Source: Octopus sinensis
Taxonomy: Eukaryota
Assembly: GCF_006345805.1 (NCBI RefSeq)
Contig: NC_043008.1
Span: 682,001 to 746,000 of the forward strand
Direction: 5' to 3'
DNA length: 64,000 nt
Shown one piece after another: positions 1-13,572 of the stretch. The translations under genes were made by a program, and so were the position numbers. How positions within the stretch are numbered: position 1 is the first letter of the stretch; each line of letters opens with the position of its first letter. Under the pieces are notes generated by a model that did not search any database, was not told the origin of the DNA, and worked only from the letters and a program-made list of their open reading frames with translations.

Positions 1-843
1 ATCTAACGTGCACTTTTTATAGTTTAAGAATGCACTGGGTTTTCAGGGAGCGATTTGGCTGTTATTTCTAGCAGAAGGAGAGATCACCTAGCGCTACAGT
101 TTTATTATTTTTTTGTACCTCTCCCCTGTTCCTGTTTCCCATTATGTTTTCAACCCACGTATTGTCAGAAAAATGTACTCTTGTATACACCACAATCTAT
201 TGTCCAACATTAGCAGCTTTGTATTACATTAATATTAGAATGTTTAAAATCAGCATTAAGGGGAAAAAATCTAGCAAAAATATAATTTAACTTCCTAAAA
301 ACAGTTTCCTATTTTCAACCTCAAATTTCCTCTTAGATACTTCAAATTCACTCAGGGGTTATAATTAAGAACTTAAAAGACAGGAGAACTTTTGTGAGCT
401 CTTTTGGCGAAACCTAACAATCATATTAGAAAGCTGTTGATGTAAGACCGCTTCCGCAACCCACTCGCCATCACAAATTCCCGCAATTATTAGATATTTC
501 TTCTAATGTGTTGCTTCATTTGTTACTCATGCTAAAGTTATTTCTTACTCTTCCGTCTGTTCCTTTATAAACTAGTCATTGTCAACCTCGAGCCACACAC
601 CTACCTGTGCAGGTAATAGCACTTTAACGCCCTGCTTTTGTCATTCAGACGCGAATCTCGTCCATGCGGAACTTCCTTATTTCCGACCAGAGTTAGTAAC
701 ACGGATACGAAAGTTTTAAAGATAGTACACAATTAAATAGGCATAGGGATGGCTAAATGATTAAGAAACTCAATTTGCTACCACAAGGCTGACCAATGCG
801 TTTTGAGTGAATTTGGTGAAGGGAAACTGTGTGGAAGCCGGTC

Positions 844-883
<40 letters not shown>

Positions 884-888
884 ATATA

Positions 889-1071
889 TTCTTTTATTCT
901 TTTATTTGTTTCATTCATTTGACTGCGGCTATGTTGGAGCACCGCCTTTAGTCGAACAAATCGACCCCAGGACATATTCTTTGTAAGCCTAGTACTTATT
1001 CTATCGAGTCGTCTAAGTTACAGGGAAGTAAATACACCAACATCGGTTATCAAGCAATGGTGGGGGTACAA
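889..1071 (-). mobile_element. SINE family A, 3' half
   Basis: Matches 58260-58446. Confidence 0.8.
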
Positions 1072-1084
1072 CAACTACTCCTAC

Positions 1085-1279
1085 TACGGAGTAAAGATTG
1101 TTTGCCAACATAACATGGCAGTCCTGGTTTAGGACGAATGTTGCTGTAATTTAGCCCCAGGAGACATCGTCTCCAGCTGGCTATACGACACGATCTGTGT
1201 CCTTATATTTTCGATCGAGGGAACGATGTCTCCTGGGGCTAAATTACTGCAACATTCGTCCTAAACCAGGACTTCCATG
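1085..1279 (-). mobile_element. Short fold-back element (family H), PLE-like
   Basis: 57-bp arms at 1114-1170 and 1223-1279 (2 mismatches); ~30-bp one-sided tail; second copy at 37997-38252. Confidence 0.6.
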
Positions 1280-1480
1280 ACTGTCTGTCTATCTATCTGC
1301 TTATCTGTCTGTCTGTCTATCTATCTGTCTGTATGTCTGTCTATATGTCTCTCTGCCAATATATCTATCTGTCTGTTTGTCTGTCAGTCTACCAATTTAT
1401 CGATCTATCCGTCGATCGAACAATGATTTATGGCAAATAATTCAGCCTATTATTTCTTCATACATTCTCTTTTGTGTTAG

Positions 1481-1628
1481 CTCTCTCTCTCCCTCCCTCT
1501 CATTCGTTTTCTTACTCTCTCTCCCTACCTCTCTCTCATTCGTTTTCTTATTCTCTCTCCCTCCCTCTCTCTCATTCGTTTTCTTACTCTCTCTCTCTCC
1601 CTATCTCTCATTCGTTTTCTTACCCTCT
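1481..1628. repeat. 36-bp minisatellite, 4 copies (cattcgttttctta + CT tract)
   Basis: Motif recurs at 1501, 1537, 1573 and 1609. Confidence 0.9.
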
Positions 1629-1851
1629 CACACACATATACCCATGTGCGCACCCGCACACACGCACACAACTACAGCCTCTCATACTAATCCCATCACA
1701 TGTCCTGCACCATTTCCCCTCTTCATTCCGGTATTTTTCCCCAGGGTTGTTATGCAACAGATTCCGCACCCGCGAGATGTTTGGATGAATACCATATTTA
1801 TAATACATTAGAGAGAAATGAGCACAAACGGAAAGGAAATGAAGCGAAAGG

Positions 1852-1914
<63 letters not shown>

Positions 1915-2142
1915 GCATACATCCGCACAGAGACACGCACACACATGAACAAACTGGCGTAACTATCCTCGTACATACAATCTTACATACATACATAAGT
2001 ATATATATATATAAGAATGTATATGTATACATATATTGTATACATATGCGTATGCACACATTCCTATATATATAGATATACATGCATACATGCATACATG
2101 GTTATATATATATTATACATGATAATATATATAATATGTATG

Positions 2143-2175
<33 letters not shown>

Positions 2176-2233
2176 TATATAGTATAAATAATATATATAT
2201 ATATATATATATATGGCTATATATATATTATAC

Positions 2234-2285
<52 letters not shown>

Positions 2286-2939
2286 TATATAGCCATTTAT
2301 ATATGTATATCTATATATATATATAGCAATATGTGCATATATATATATGTATACATATACATACAGACACTCTCCTTCATCTCATTCTCATAACAAGTAC
2401 ATATATATATACCCATATATCTATATATATATATCACTCTTTCATATGATATTATACATATATATATATATGATATATCTATAAATACATTGTGTTTATG
2501 TGTGTATGTAGGCTTATATTCATACGCACTCACACACAAAAGCATTAATAAATTTAGTTACTAATTCACAACGCAATGTTTTTCGGTTGATGGGAAATGT
2601 ATGATACAATTTATTCATAAATACATAATTTTTGCCATGCCATGAAAACAATACAATGTGTTTACACCGCATTTACTAACTTTCGAAGAGGAATATAAGA
2701 CAAGATCGGTCTAACTAGTTTCTGGTCTTGTTCAATGTTCATCAAAATAGCATCAAGCTTATAAATATGCTTACAGTTATTCATGGTGCATTGAAACTAG
2801 GAGAGAAAAAAAATTGCCCATGTAGTTAGCATAAGAGTGCCTTGGTTAACAGATATGAACTCACGCACACACACATATTGTACATGTAGTAAGTATGTTT
2901 ATATGTATGTGTGTATGCATATATGTGTGTGTGTGCGTG

Positions 2940-2993
<54 letters not shown>

Positions 2994-3265
2994 ATCAGAA
3001 AAATGGTGAAACCCTCAGACTATCAAACACATCGATTGGACCACATTTATAGCTTATTTTTTAAAACACAACGCATGACATAACAAAATAGGTGACGTAA
3101 CATATCCTACGGCCGTTTCCCACAAAGCCAAATCCTTGTGGAAGGCATTGGCTTTGTGGATGCGAGACATTTGGGTAACTCTATATAGAATTTAGTTATA
3201 ATAATTACTGCTCTATTTTTTAGAGTGTGTTTCTTTCTGATATATGTGTTCTTTTATTAACTGAC

Positions 3266-3324
<59 letters not shown>

Positions 3325-3582
3325 CACTTTTTGTGTGTAGTGTGTGCGCATGTATGTGTGTGCGTGTGTGTGTATATGTGTATATGTGGTATGAACCTAC
3401 GCATTGTACTCCAGCTTGGCCGCAGTACAATATAAAAAATAAAAAATATACATACACTTACGCAACACATACGCATATATGAATACCTTTTGTCTATCTG
3501 AGAGAAAGAGAGGGAGAGAGAGAGAGAAAGAACGAAATGGGGCAGACAGACAGATAAGGTATATATATATATATAATATATA

Positions 3583-3631
<49 letters not shown>

Positions 3632-4071
3632 GTGGTGTGTGTACATATATATGCAATATATGTTTATTTATGCATAAACTAATAAACTTTTATTCGTATA
3701 TGGTCGTAGACCAGCTGAAATAACCAGATAGTAACGAAGTAGACAGCCTTCCAAAATTATTGCTTCTCTTCACCCACCCACCCATCCTCGATAATATCTA
3801 CCACCACCCTCATTACACCCCATCTCCACTCCAACCACAACCACCACCTCGACTTCAAATATAACCACATCCCACAGCTAACACTTAAGCATCCTCAGAG
3901 TATGTATAGAGCCAGAGGAAAATGTAGACGAAACAATAACATCAATGAGAACGTTAGCAGTCAAGCCATCGCGTCGATGGACGCCATCTTTGCCAGGAAA
4001 CAGCGATTACCGCTGCATCTATTATTAATGCTACCAACATTATCATCACCACTCCCCAAATCCCGCCACAG

Positions 4072-4072
4072 A

Positions 4073-4111
<39 letters not shown>

Positions 4112-4448
4112 ACTATTACTGCTGCTACTACTACTGCTGCTGCTGCTGCTGCTGTTACTATTACTACTACTACTAATAGTGCTGCTGCTGCTACCACAAC
4201 CACTACTACTACAGCTAATGCTGCTACTGCCACTACTACTACTGCCACTACCAGTACTACTACTACTACTACTACTGCCGCTGCTGCTGCTGCTACTACT
4301 ACTACTACTACTGCTACTACTACAAGAAGTAGTACCCCTACTACCACCAGTAGTAGCAGGGGTATTCCAACAACACGATACAAAGACCACAAATCATCAC
4401 CGCCACCACCACCATAACTACACTCTGCTGCTGCTGCTGCTGCTGCTG
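4072..4448. repeat. Compound trinucleotide microsatellite (TAC/GCT/CAC)
   Basis: Direct reading. Confidence 0.95.
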
Positions 4449-4705
4449 TCTTTAGTCGAAGGACTTCATCCATGTTAGAGTACGGTTGAGACATTGATGT
4501 GGTACTTATTTAATCAGCATTTGAAGAAGATAACGCAGAGCTGTAGGTTAGGAATTGAACCCTTGATGTAAAGGGTCGTAACCAAAATACCACAAGTTAT
4601 CTCAACAGATTTTGTCCAATTGACTTATATAACCGCTGAACGTTGGATAACAACCATGCGCATTCATAGAAGACGGATTGTTTCTGATTTTTTTTTCACA
4701 TTCCG

Positions 4706-4836
4706 TCTACGAAATCTACTTACAACGTTTTGTTTGACCCAGACCTACAACAGAGGAAACTAGCGCAAGGTGCCATACAGTGGGTTTGAACTCGAAACCA
4801 TCTGGTTTAGAAGCCAACTTCTTACCATACCCGCGC
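4706..4836 (-). mobile_element. SINE family A, decayed 5' half
   Basis: Matches the head of 58024. Confidence 0.6.
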
Positions 4837-5112
4837 TTAAATATAAAGAATAGCAATGACGAATTATTGAAATGTTTCGTTAGAAATATATAATTAGTCC
4901 TGATATTTCGAGTTAATAAATGTTTATCCTGAAATATTTGGCCCAATTGAATATTTATTTCTTATATCTTCGTTGTTGTTAGTTTTTACATTTGGTTCCG
5001 TTTTGAAGCATCGCACTATTTGTAGATTCATCCTTATCTTTCTTCTGCCAGATGTGCACTGAGGGCGATGTGGAATATATACATACATACACACAGAAAA
5101 ACATACATGTAA

Positions 5113-5370
5113 TGTGAATACTGAAGATGTTTTGAATAACCAGGTTCCGGCATACATATGTATAAATGTGTGTACGTAAAAGACATTTTAAGGTCCACAA
5201 AGGTCAGAACTTATCTGCAGGTCTTGGTGATCCAAATCGGATGTGCAATCTTTGTGACTGCCTTTTCAAAACATTGTCTGCTTTAAAAAGCCACATCAGA
5301 TGCCATGATGGTTCTGAGATGGAGGTACAGGAGGTGGTCAACCTCTGCATAAGGAGTAGGTAACCACCAT
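5113..5370 (+). mobile_element. Probable 3' end of an RTE-clade LINE with C-terminal C2H2 fingers
   Basis: CNLCDCLFKTLSALKSHIRCH finger plus a broken upstream finger (CEY*RCF...KRHFKVH); short UTR running into (ACAT)n. Confidence 0.5.
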
Positions 5371-5505
5371 ACATACATACATACATACATACATACATAC
5401 ATACATACATACATACATACAAACATACATACATAAATACACACATACATACATGCATACATACATGCATACATACATACATACAAACATACATACATAC
5501 ACACA

Positions 5506-5557
<52 letters not shown>

Positions 5558-5840
5558 CATACACATATATATATGCCTTCACCTTCGAAACGTAGAGTAG
5601 ATGAAACTAGGGCGACTGAAGAAGGGTTTTTTTTCCTTGTGTTATTTGTCCTGTACTCTATTTTTTTGTTGTTTAAGAAAAATGTCCAGTTCCTTGGGTT
5701 TGTGTCTATGTTTTCGTTTCTCATTGTGTTCGACGTATTTTGGTGTCCTGTACTCATATATGCGTGTATATATACATGTAGAGGTAGGTACGTACATATA
5801 TGTATATATATATGCATATGTTTGATCTATTAATATAATA

Positions 5841-5918
<78 letters not shown>

Positions 5919-6639
5919 AAGAAGACACTGGATGACTACACATGTTACGGACCACATATTGAGCCTTAGAAACGACGTGTGTAGTTATACTATCAATTGA
6001 TCAGAGGTAAATTCGAAGCGTGGTTATTGCTAGTTGAAAACTTTTCTCTCCTTGAAAAAGCATAACTTGTCGAGGTTATTAAGCAGTTACTGCCATAGGC
6101 AAGTGGGTTATTTTGCAGTTTACTCTCGTTAAAATAGTGATAGTACATTGCGAGAGAAGCTGCAAATGATAGTGAGAGGCCAAGATTTCATAAAACCTCT
6201 TTGATATTCGATGACTGGGCTTCCTATGTCGATGTCTGCAAATTCTATACTTCTGAAGCTGTCTACTAATCATTCACTTTTGTTGATCTAAGCAATGATA
6301 GCCTCTATTCATTATAGAAGGGCGATATATGAACACAACGAAGAAACTTAGGAGACAGTTTGGGATTAAGGATGATATATTTACGTCATATCTTCATAGT
6401 CATGCGAGGTGAAAAAGATTTACTATCCCGAATTTCATTTTGTGCATCAATGATCTCTCGTTATCCCGTACATGAAATTGCTTCGATATTATATAAACTA
6501 CATGCACGGTTTTCATGTTATAGTGGATATATCTCGCGATCACGTGACCGACCAGACCATCAGATGTTGTTATTGTTGTTATACATTGCTGGCCACAATG
6601 CTCTTTGGCCTTCGAATGACGCCACCCTCGATCGAAAGG

Positions 6640-6760
6640 GGGACAGGAGCATTGTGAAATGAAGTGTTTTGCTGAAGAACACTACGCGCCACGTGGTCTG
6701 GGATTTGAACCTATGATCTAGCGATCGTGAATGCAACAACCTAACCAATAGGCCATGTTC
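6640..6760 (-). mobile_element. SINE family C, head
   Basis: Decayed tRNA-like head. Confidence 0.55.
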
Positions 6761-7091
6761 CTTTACATATTAAATATACGTACGTGTTATTCATTGGCTG
6801 CATGAAATTGCAATAACGGGACGTCGGTTTCTATCAAAATTTACTTTCATTTCTTTAGGACAATTTACTTTCACATTTTTACGAGGGGAAACTGCATCTT
6901 AACCGCCAAAATGCTCCTATGATTATTGGTTTTATAAACTGGGTAGAGACGCTGCAGTTTTCAAAGTAGTTGTCCATAATGCTCTCTTTCTCACTGATTT
7001 TGGAAGAACTGTTCAAATCTGCTGACCTTTATGTCCGTACATGATTCGTTTTGTGAGCTTATATGTATATTTGAGTGCATCTGTTTGTATG

Positions 7092-7125
<34 letters not shown>

Positions 7126-7712
7126 TGTATGTATGTATGTATGTATGTATGTATGTATGTGTGTGTGTATGTATGTATGTATGTATTTATGGATGTATGC
7201 ATTTTATATACTTATGTTTATAAGCTTGTGTCGTACGCTTGTAATTATGTGTATGGTTGTATGTTGCTTTATAAGTATGAGAACGTCTCGTAAGAAACAA
7301 GAAAGAAACACTAAAAGACCAATCCTTTTTGTCGCTTCTTTTTTCTTCTATTTTCTTTTTATTATTTTCAGTTTTCTTTAAAAATTTTGTCTTTATTTTT
7401 TACGCTGAAGTAGTGTTTTTCTTTTAATATTTTCAAGTCTGAGAATATAAACGAACTGCTAATGCATGTATTTTGTACGCCTTAAATAAATAATTACATT
7501 CTGCATCACACCATATCACACTACACAAGAGACTTATACTTAATTCAACATACATAGCGAGGCATTGGCATAAAGTTTTACGCCATTTCTTTTACATCAC
7601 ACGAATATTCGCCATTTCCCATCACATAATAAGAATGATTTCAGAACTGGTACATTATTTTGTCAATCCACTGCTCTTAACATTAACAGGAATAAAAATA
7701 AATAAAGAAATA

Positions 7713-7985
7713 TGACTGTGTGGCTAGGAAGCTCGCTTTGCAACCGCGTGTTTCCAGGTTCAGTCCCACGTCGAGTCACTTTGAGCAAGTGCCATATACT
7801 ATAGTCTCGGGTTTTGCAAATGAATTTAGTTGAGAAAACTATATGGAAGCCTGTCGAATATACATTGGACGTGTGTGTGTGTTTGTGCTTCTCCCTCTGC
7901 AATTTGACAACCGGTATTGCTATGTTTACGTCCCCATTGCTTAGTGATTCTGCAAAAGAAACTGATATTATAAGTACCAAACTTT
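7713..7985 (+). mobile_element. SINE family A, decayed
   Basis: Head, core, microsatellite and partial 3' arm. Confidence 0.7.
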
Positions 7986-8380
7986 AAAATATAAGTAGTT
8001 TTAGAGTCGATTTGATCGACTGAATTCTTCAGATTCGTGCGCCATAAATAAGTAAAATGTAAAAGAAAAATGAGTAACAGAGCAGCAAGAATAGACACAA
8101 TATAAAAAGAAAGACATGAACAAAATAGAATTCAAAGAAAAATGGCGTTCTCTACAAGTTGTTCACGTGATGAGGCAATTCCCTCCATTATTGATAATCC
8201 GATCTCTTTGTCAGGATGCGCCTACTGGTGCCGCTATTTTGTAAATAATTCCATAGCTTCTTAATTATTATACCATCTTTGGCGACAGAGGTTGGACTGA
8301 TTGTGAACGTGATGGTTAAAAAGTGGCTCCGGTGTGCGAGCTTAGTGAAATTGTCTTTTTAAGTGAAGTTTACGGAAAAA

Positions 8381-8611
8381 CTACGAGCGGAGTCGTAATC
8401 TATAAGAAAGGAAATTCATGTTGTTGTTGTTGCTAGAGTTGCTCTTATATGTCTTGAATTTAAGCATCAGAAGATATTCAACTACTTCATCAATGACTTC
8501 GTCAACCGGAATGGAGAGGTCTTTGTTGGCTTTCGGCAGAAACGCAATCTTCTTACTCCTAAAAACATTTCCAAGAGCATGCTCAGAACATGCGAATTTG
8601 AATTTGTGGAT
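8381..8611 (-). CDS. Candidate terminal coding exon of an unidentified gene: IHKFKFACSEHALGNVFRSKKIAFLPKANKDLSIPVDEVIDEVVEYLLMLKFKTYKSNSSNNNNMNFLSYRLRLRS*
   Basis: Good acceptor (ggttttcttag|ATC, phase 0); 76 open codons to TAG; amphipathic acidic helix; lies in a microsatellite-poor unique region; absent from the ORF track because it has no early start codon. No homolog recognised. Confidence 0.6.
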   Translation of the reverse strand: MHKFKFACSEHALGNVFRSKKIAFLPKANKDLSIPVDEVIDEVVEYLLMLKFKTYKSNSSNNNNMNFLSYRLRLRS

Positions 8612-9850
8612 CTAAGAAAACCGCGATATTCCAGACGTGAAACAAACTCTGCTACACCCTTGTGAAATAAAAGTGATGCAGCGGTTGGATCAGTATAGAA
8701 GCTTACTAAATAACCTTATTACGCGGGTCTGATCCGAGACTTGGGTTGATGCGAGTGAGAAAGAATCTGCAGCAACCTAAACTCACAGCTCCCAAGAAGC
8801 ACCAAAACCACATCTAAACGTAGCTCTACCACTAAAAGCCGAAGCGCTACCATTATCTCAAAGATTCCGGCGCTGACGGCAAATTTATCGTATAAAGTAC
8901 AGCGATGTCAATAACAATACAAGCAATGTACGAGTATACACACACATCATAAGATGTAGAGAAACAGCCAAGATATTGAACGTGTACCACATAACTTTAC
9001 TAGAGTGAGTAAAGGTTCCTTTAGGCACTTACATGATCTGCTATGTATAGTGGCTAAATATCTCTCCCAAAGTTACCCCTGTAGTTTGTAATTTGAGATT
9101 GATTAAAAAAATGATGAATGACTCATTGCATAACATTTATTCTGAACAGGAACAACAAGATCTACAATGAATATAAAAATAGTTTACAGCGTAGCACAGT
9201 AGCAGAAAAACAAACACTTTCATGGAACTGAGAACTCTATATTGCCACACATGATATTTACATAGAAAGAATACAAGAAACAGAGCTACGGTGCCAGCAC
9301 TGCTTGAATTTCAGATTGTACTCCGATAAGGCAAAGAAATGCCAAGCCAAACTATGGCGGATGTTTCATAACATTCATAAAGTGTTGCATTCGATGTGTA
9401 ATTACTAAATATAAAAACAAATAGGGCATGACAATACAGGGAAAATGTAATCATTGAAAAGACAAACCTGTAACAGGAAACGCTTCAATTTATTGAACGC
9501 CTCCGCCTACATGCTTAGAAACCTGTCTTACCAGCAACCCCCACTGAGCTGTATACCTAACTACAACACGTTAACACCTTGTATCACAAAGCGACAGCAT
9601 CATTAGGAGATACAAAGTATATTTTGGTAAAATTCATCATTCACTTTTTGTTTTATAAATCACTCAAATTACAACCTACAGAAGGAATCTGAGAGATTTG
9701 GCTGCTATATCTAACAGACTGTCAAGAGCAGGCGGCCATAGCTTATTGAAGAAAATCCTTTCATTACATTTATCTATGATCTGCATCTTGTTTCCCCTAT
9801 ACATTATGCGTGTTATGCTTGCTTGTTTGTACACAGCTTATATTCTTTTT

Positions 9851-10058
9851 CTACTCTAGGAACAAGGCCCGAAATTTTCGGGGAGGGGGCCAGTCAGTTA
9901 GATCGACCCCAGTGCGTAACTGGAACGTATTTAATCGACCCCGAAAGGATGAAAGGCAAAGTCGACCTCGACAGAATTTGAACTCAGAACATAGCGGCAG
10001 ACGAAATACCGCAAAGCATATCGCCCGGTGTGCTAACGTTTCTGCCAGCTCGCCACCT
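9851..10058 (-). mobile_element. SINE family B with a different 3' end
   Basis: Matches 59129-59295, then diverges. Confidence 0.8.
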
Positions 10059-10785
10059 TGTACAATGCTTATATTGATACTAAGATTGTACTTTGTACTT
10101 TGGATTCGTTGTCAGCACCTAATGATATTGTTGAAGAGGTTCAGTGTGTCTTCTGGAGCAATTGCGGCTGCATACAGCATATTTTTGTAAAATAAAGAAA
10201 ATAAAGAAAATGATTTAAGAAGAGAAATCAAAGTAGCTTCAGAGTTAAACTACTTGTACACTTTAAATAAAGCATCCCACATCAACGAACATACTTCAAG
10301 CAAACTACAATAATTTCTCTACAGACATTACTTTCTTTTCATACTAACCAACAACAATCCCATGTTTTCCTTTCTGCGTCAACCTTACTGACGAACGATC
10401 ACTGTTAACTTCCTTAGCAAGCGCTCTAAGCTCGTCATGAAATTTTCATAAGGGGAAACAATGGTGTTTTCCTGTCATATTCATCTGTTATACTTACAAA
10501 GCGTTTTCTTATTGATTACATAAACCGGCGTTTACGATTCCTGCCTGGATATTCACAACGTCAAGAGACTCAAAACATTTTATTCAAATCTGAAACTATT
10601 TTTACGTGGATTCGTATTTATTTTATAAATCGCCAGAAGAATGAAAGGCAAATTTTACCCCCAGAGTGAATTGAACTATAAAAACAACAGGAACAAATAC
10701 TGCAAAATATTTTGTTCCGCTTTTCTTTCTATTCGCAACATAAAATTCGAACCACAATATTCCACCATGACATTACTTAATATAT

Positions 10786-10921
10786 CGTGGCACTCGGCTG
10801 GTTACGACGACGAGGGTTCCATTTGATCAGATCGACGGAACAACCTGCTCGTGAAATTAACGTGCAAGTCGCTGAGCACTCCATAGATACGCGTACCTTT
10901 AACATAGTTCTCGGGGAGATT
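10786..10921 (-). mobile_element. SINE family C, 3' tail
   Basis: gtgaaattaacgtgcaagt.gctgagcactcc. Confidence 0.75.
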
Positions 10922-11179
10922 GTTGGCAATTTTGGAACCGGTTACTCTCTAAATCAACTATCTCAAAGGGTGAAAGATCGTGCCCTGATGAAGTAAAAGA
11001 TTATCTCATATTTTTGTCAGGAATAGATGTCACTGGAGGTTAGACATTTTAAGTCATTGTTTCTTTATCTATTTCATATTCTCATGGCAATTAAACGTTT
11101 CTCTCAATCAATACCGTCTTGTATATAAAATTCTAACGGAATAACTTGGATTAGAGAAGAATTGGTTTACTGCGATGTT

Positions 11180-11390
11180 CACTTTAAATGCTAGGCTGAG
11201 AATAATTTCACACACGCGACACTTCCGCATTTTGGTTAAAGTGCCATCAGCGGTCACCATTCGACTTCTGTCTCATAAAATGTCACTGCACACGCCCTCA
11301 TAGTTTTACAAATCTGTTGAGATCGCATAGCCTGGGATAAACTTTATTGAAGGCTTTCGCCAACTCAATGTATACCACATCGACGTTTGC
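11180..11390 (-). mobile_element. CR1-group LINE reverse-transcriptase fragment
   Basis: [16 protein letters not shown] and DIL*DRSRMVTADG. Confidence 0.7.
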
Positions 11391-11391
11391 A

Positions 11392-11476
<85 letters not shown>

Positions 11477-11477
11477 G

Positions 11478-11538
<61 letters not shown>

Positions 11539-11539
11539 G

Positions 11540-11599
<60 letters not shown>

Positions 11600-11600
11600 A

Positions 11601-11655
<55 letters not shown>
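11391..11655. repeat. (ATCT)n-(CT)n-(TA)n compound microsatellite
   Basis: Direct reading. Confidence 0.95.
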
Positions 11656-11664
<9 letters not shown>

Positions 11665-11825
11665 CGAATTTATGTATATTAAAACATCAATGTAGTATAT
11701 TTCTGCTTAGCTAAAGCCTACACACACACACACACACATAAATACATACATACATACATACATACACATATATATACATACACACACACAAACAGACACA
11801 CACACACAATCACACACACATATAT

Positions 11826-12025
11826 TTATTCTGTTACTCTTTTACTTGTTTCAGTCATTTGACTGTGGCCATGCTGGAGCACCGCCTTTAGTCGAGCGAA
11901 TCGACCTCAGGACTTGTTCTTTGTAAGCCTAGTACTCATTCTATCGGTCCCCTTTGCCGAACCGCTAAGTTACAGGGATGTAAAAATATCAGCATCGGTT
12001 GTCAAGCGATGTTGATGGGACAAAC
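11826..12025 (-). mobile_element. SINE family A, 3' half
   Basis: Matches 58260-58446. Confidence 0.8.
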
Positions 12026-12032
12026 ATATACA

Positions 12033-12111
<79 letters not shown>

Positions 12112-12229
12112 GTACACACACACGCACACACTCTCTCTTTTACTAGTCTCAGTTCGAGAGCAGCAGCCATGCTGTAGCACCGCCGTTAGTTTTGCTACCC
12201 TTTAACAACTTGAAAACATCCTTTGATAT

Positions 12230-13372
12230 GTGGCATTCAGTGAAAGAAGGAGCCGAGTGTTGCTGTCCTATTTACGTTTCCTCCCGCAAGTTACACTCAT
12301 CCGGACTCTTGACAGGAGGAGATGCAGTTTTGTTTAGAAGACACCTACACCCACCTCATGTAGGTATCTCAAACTTTTTGGGAGGATATTGAAAAGCTGT
12401 GGGCCATTGTAATCCAAGCTGTTGCAATATCTTGTCCTGTATCTTGACGATAACGTTGAGATCTTTGGCGTTATGCAGTAGCGTTCACTTCTGTCGTTCG
12501 TGAAACTTTCATTGCCAAAGTTTGGTACCAGTCCTTCCAGGATTTTCCACATGTATATCACTACGTATCGTTCCCACCGTCGCTCTAGGGAAAAGAATCT
12601 TAACTTCTTCAGCCTTACCCTGTAACTGAATGTCGCATTCAGACAATCGTCTTCGTGTAGCTTTGCTCAACCGTTTCGAGTTCCGCTGTTGATTTCACAC
12701 TGTGTGGTGGCCATGGTTAGAATCAATTGTCAAAGCGACTGAGGAGGAATGTCCTTCAGTAGACCATCATAGTGACCTGTTCTCTCGTTCTGAATGTTTT
12801 AAGTATCTATCTAGCCAGTTGCCTATATTTTATTGTCAGCTTAGTAATATGCACCTGGAAAGATGCATCTTTGCTCGCGTTAATGCTCGGGTCGCACACT
12901 GATTTTGACCCAGGGATTGCAATCCTCCGTAGCTTGCAATCCATCGTAGCCTGTCTGTATTTCATTCAGCTTCTTGTGCTGGTGGCGCAGGGCATGGAGT
13001 TTTCCAGCATTAAACTACATGTTATTGTCCGCAGCACACCTGTATATTGTATTCAATTCTAGCTGCATGCGTGCACCATCTCCAGGGTTTTATATTCTCA
13101 GAGAACCTTTAGTAATATTTGCATAGCTAGCAAGGAGTGGCTATCTCAGCAGCTGAGGGCATGTCTGAAAGGGCCACTATAAATAGTAGTGGCCTTAACA
13201 CCGTACCCTGTGAAAGGCCACTCACTATTTGTGTTTCCGTGTAGATGGCTCCATTGGCCACCTTTGCCTGACATCTATCTTTCAGAATGTCGAGTATCCA
13301 CTCATAGTTTTTCAACTATGCCGAGATCACACAACTTGCGATGTATCAAACCACGGTCGATTTTATAAGAAA
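12230..13372 (-). mobile_element. 5'-truncated, decayed CR1-group (L2/Crack/Daphne-like) LINE ORF2
   Basis: KIDRGLIHRKLCDLGIVEK; WILDILKDRCQ..VANG...SGLSQGTVLRPLLF; SYANITK (degenerate YADDTK); NNM*FNAGK; IYMWKILEGLVPN...NGPQLFNILPK. Confidence 0.85.
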
Positions 13373-13503
13373 GTCGGCTCTTAAGCTTTTATTTGCTGCC
13401 GACTATAACTGCGCTTGCGCAGTGAATTTGAAAAATTATAATGTATACAGAGGAGACATATGCGGTCTATTTGTCCCACAATTATACGTTAATTATTAGC
13501 GCC

Positions 13504-13572
13504 CTTGCTGATGAAGAACACGGATAACAAATTATTTTATTTGTTCATTAATGTTCGAAACCTAGGTACAAG
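13504..13572 (+). ncRNA. Minimal type-I hammerhead ribozyme with intact core
   Basis: cttg-CTGATGA-A-gaaca...tgttc-GAAA-cctagg-TA-caag: stem I 4 bp; stem II 5 bp plus an inner aacaaat/atttgtt hairpin; palindromic stem III ACCTAGGT; GUA triplet. Confidence 0.75.

Noticed and set aside
1481-1628. CRISPR-like 36-bp periodicity
   Set aside because: The 'spacers' are near-identical CT tracts, the DNA is eukaryotic and there are no cas genes; it is a minisatellite.
5166-5363. Host C2H2 zinc-finger gene
   Set aside because: Single intact finger, in-frame stop just upstream, and a LINE-like UTR plus repeat tail; more likely a retroelement end.
8437-8665. Plus-strand open frame VALICLEFKHQKIF... (faintly FGF-like)
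   Set aside because: It is the exact antisense of the minus-strand exon, has a weaker acceptor and lacks key FGF residues. Treated as a shadow frame, though strand needs RNA confirmation.
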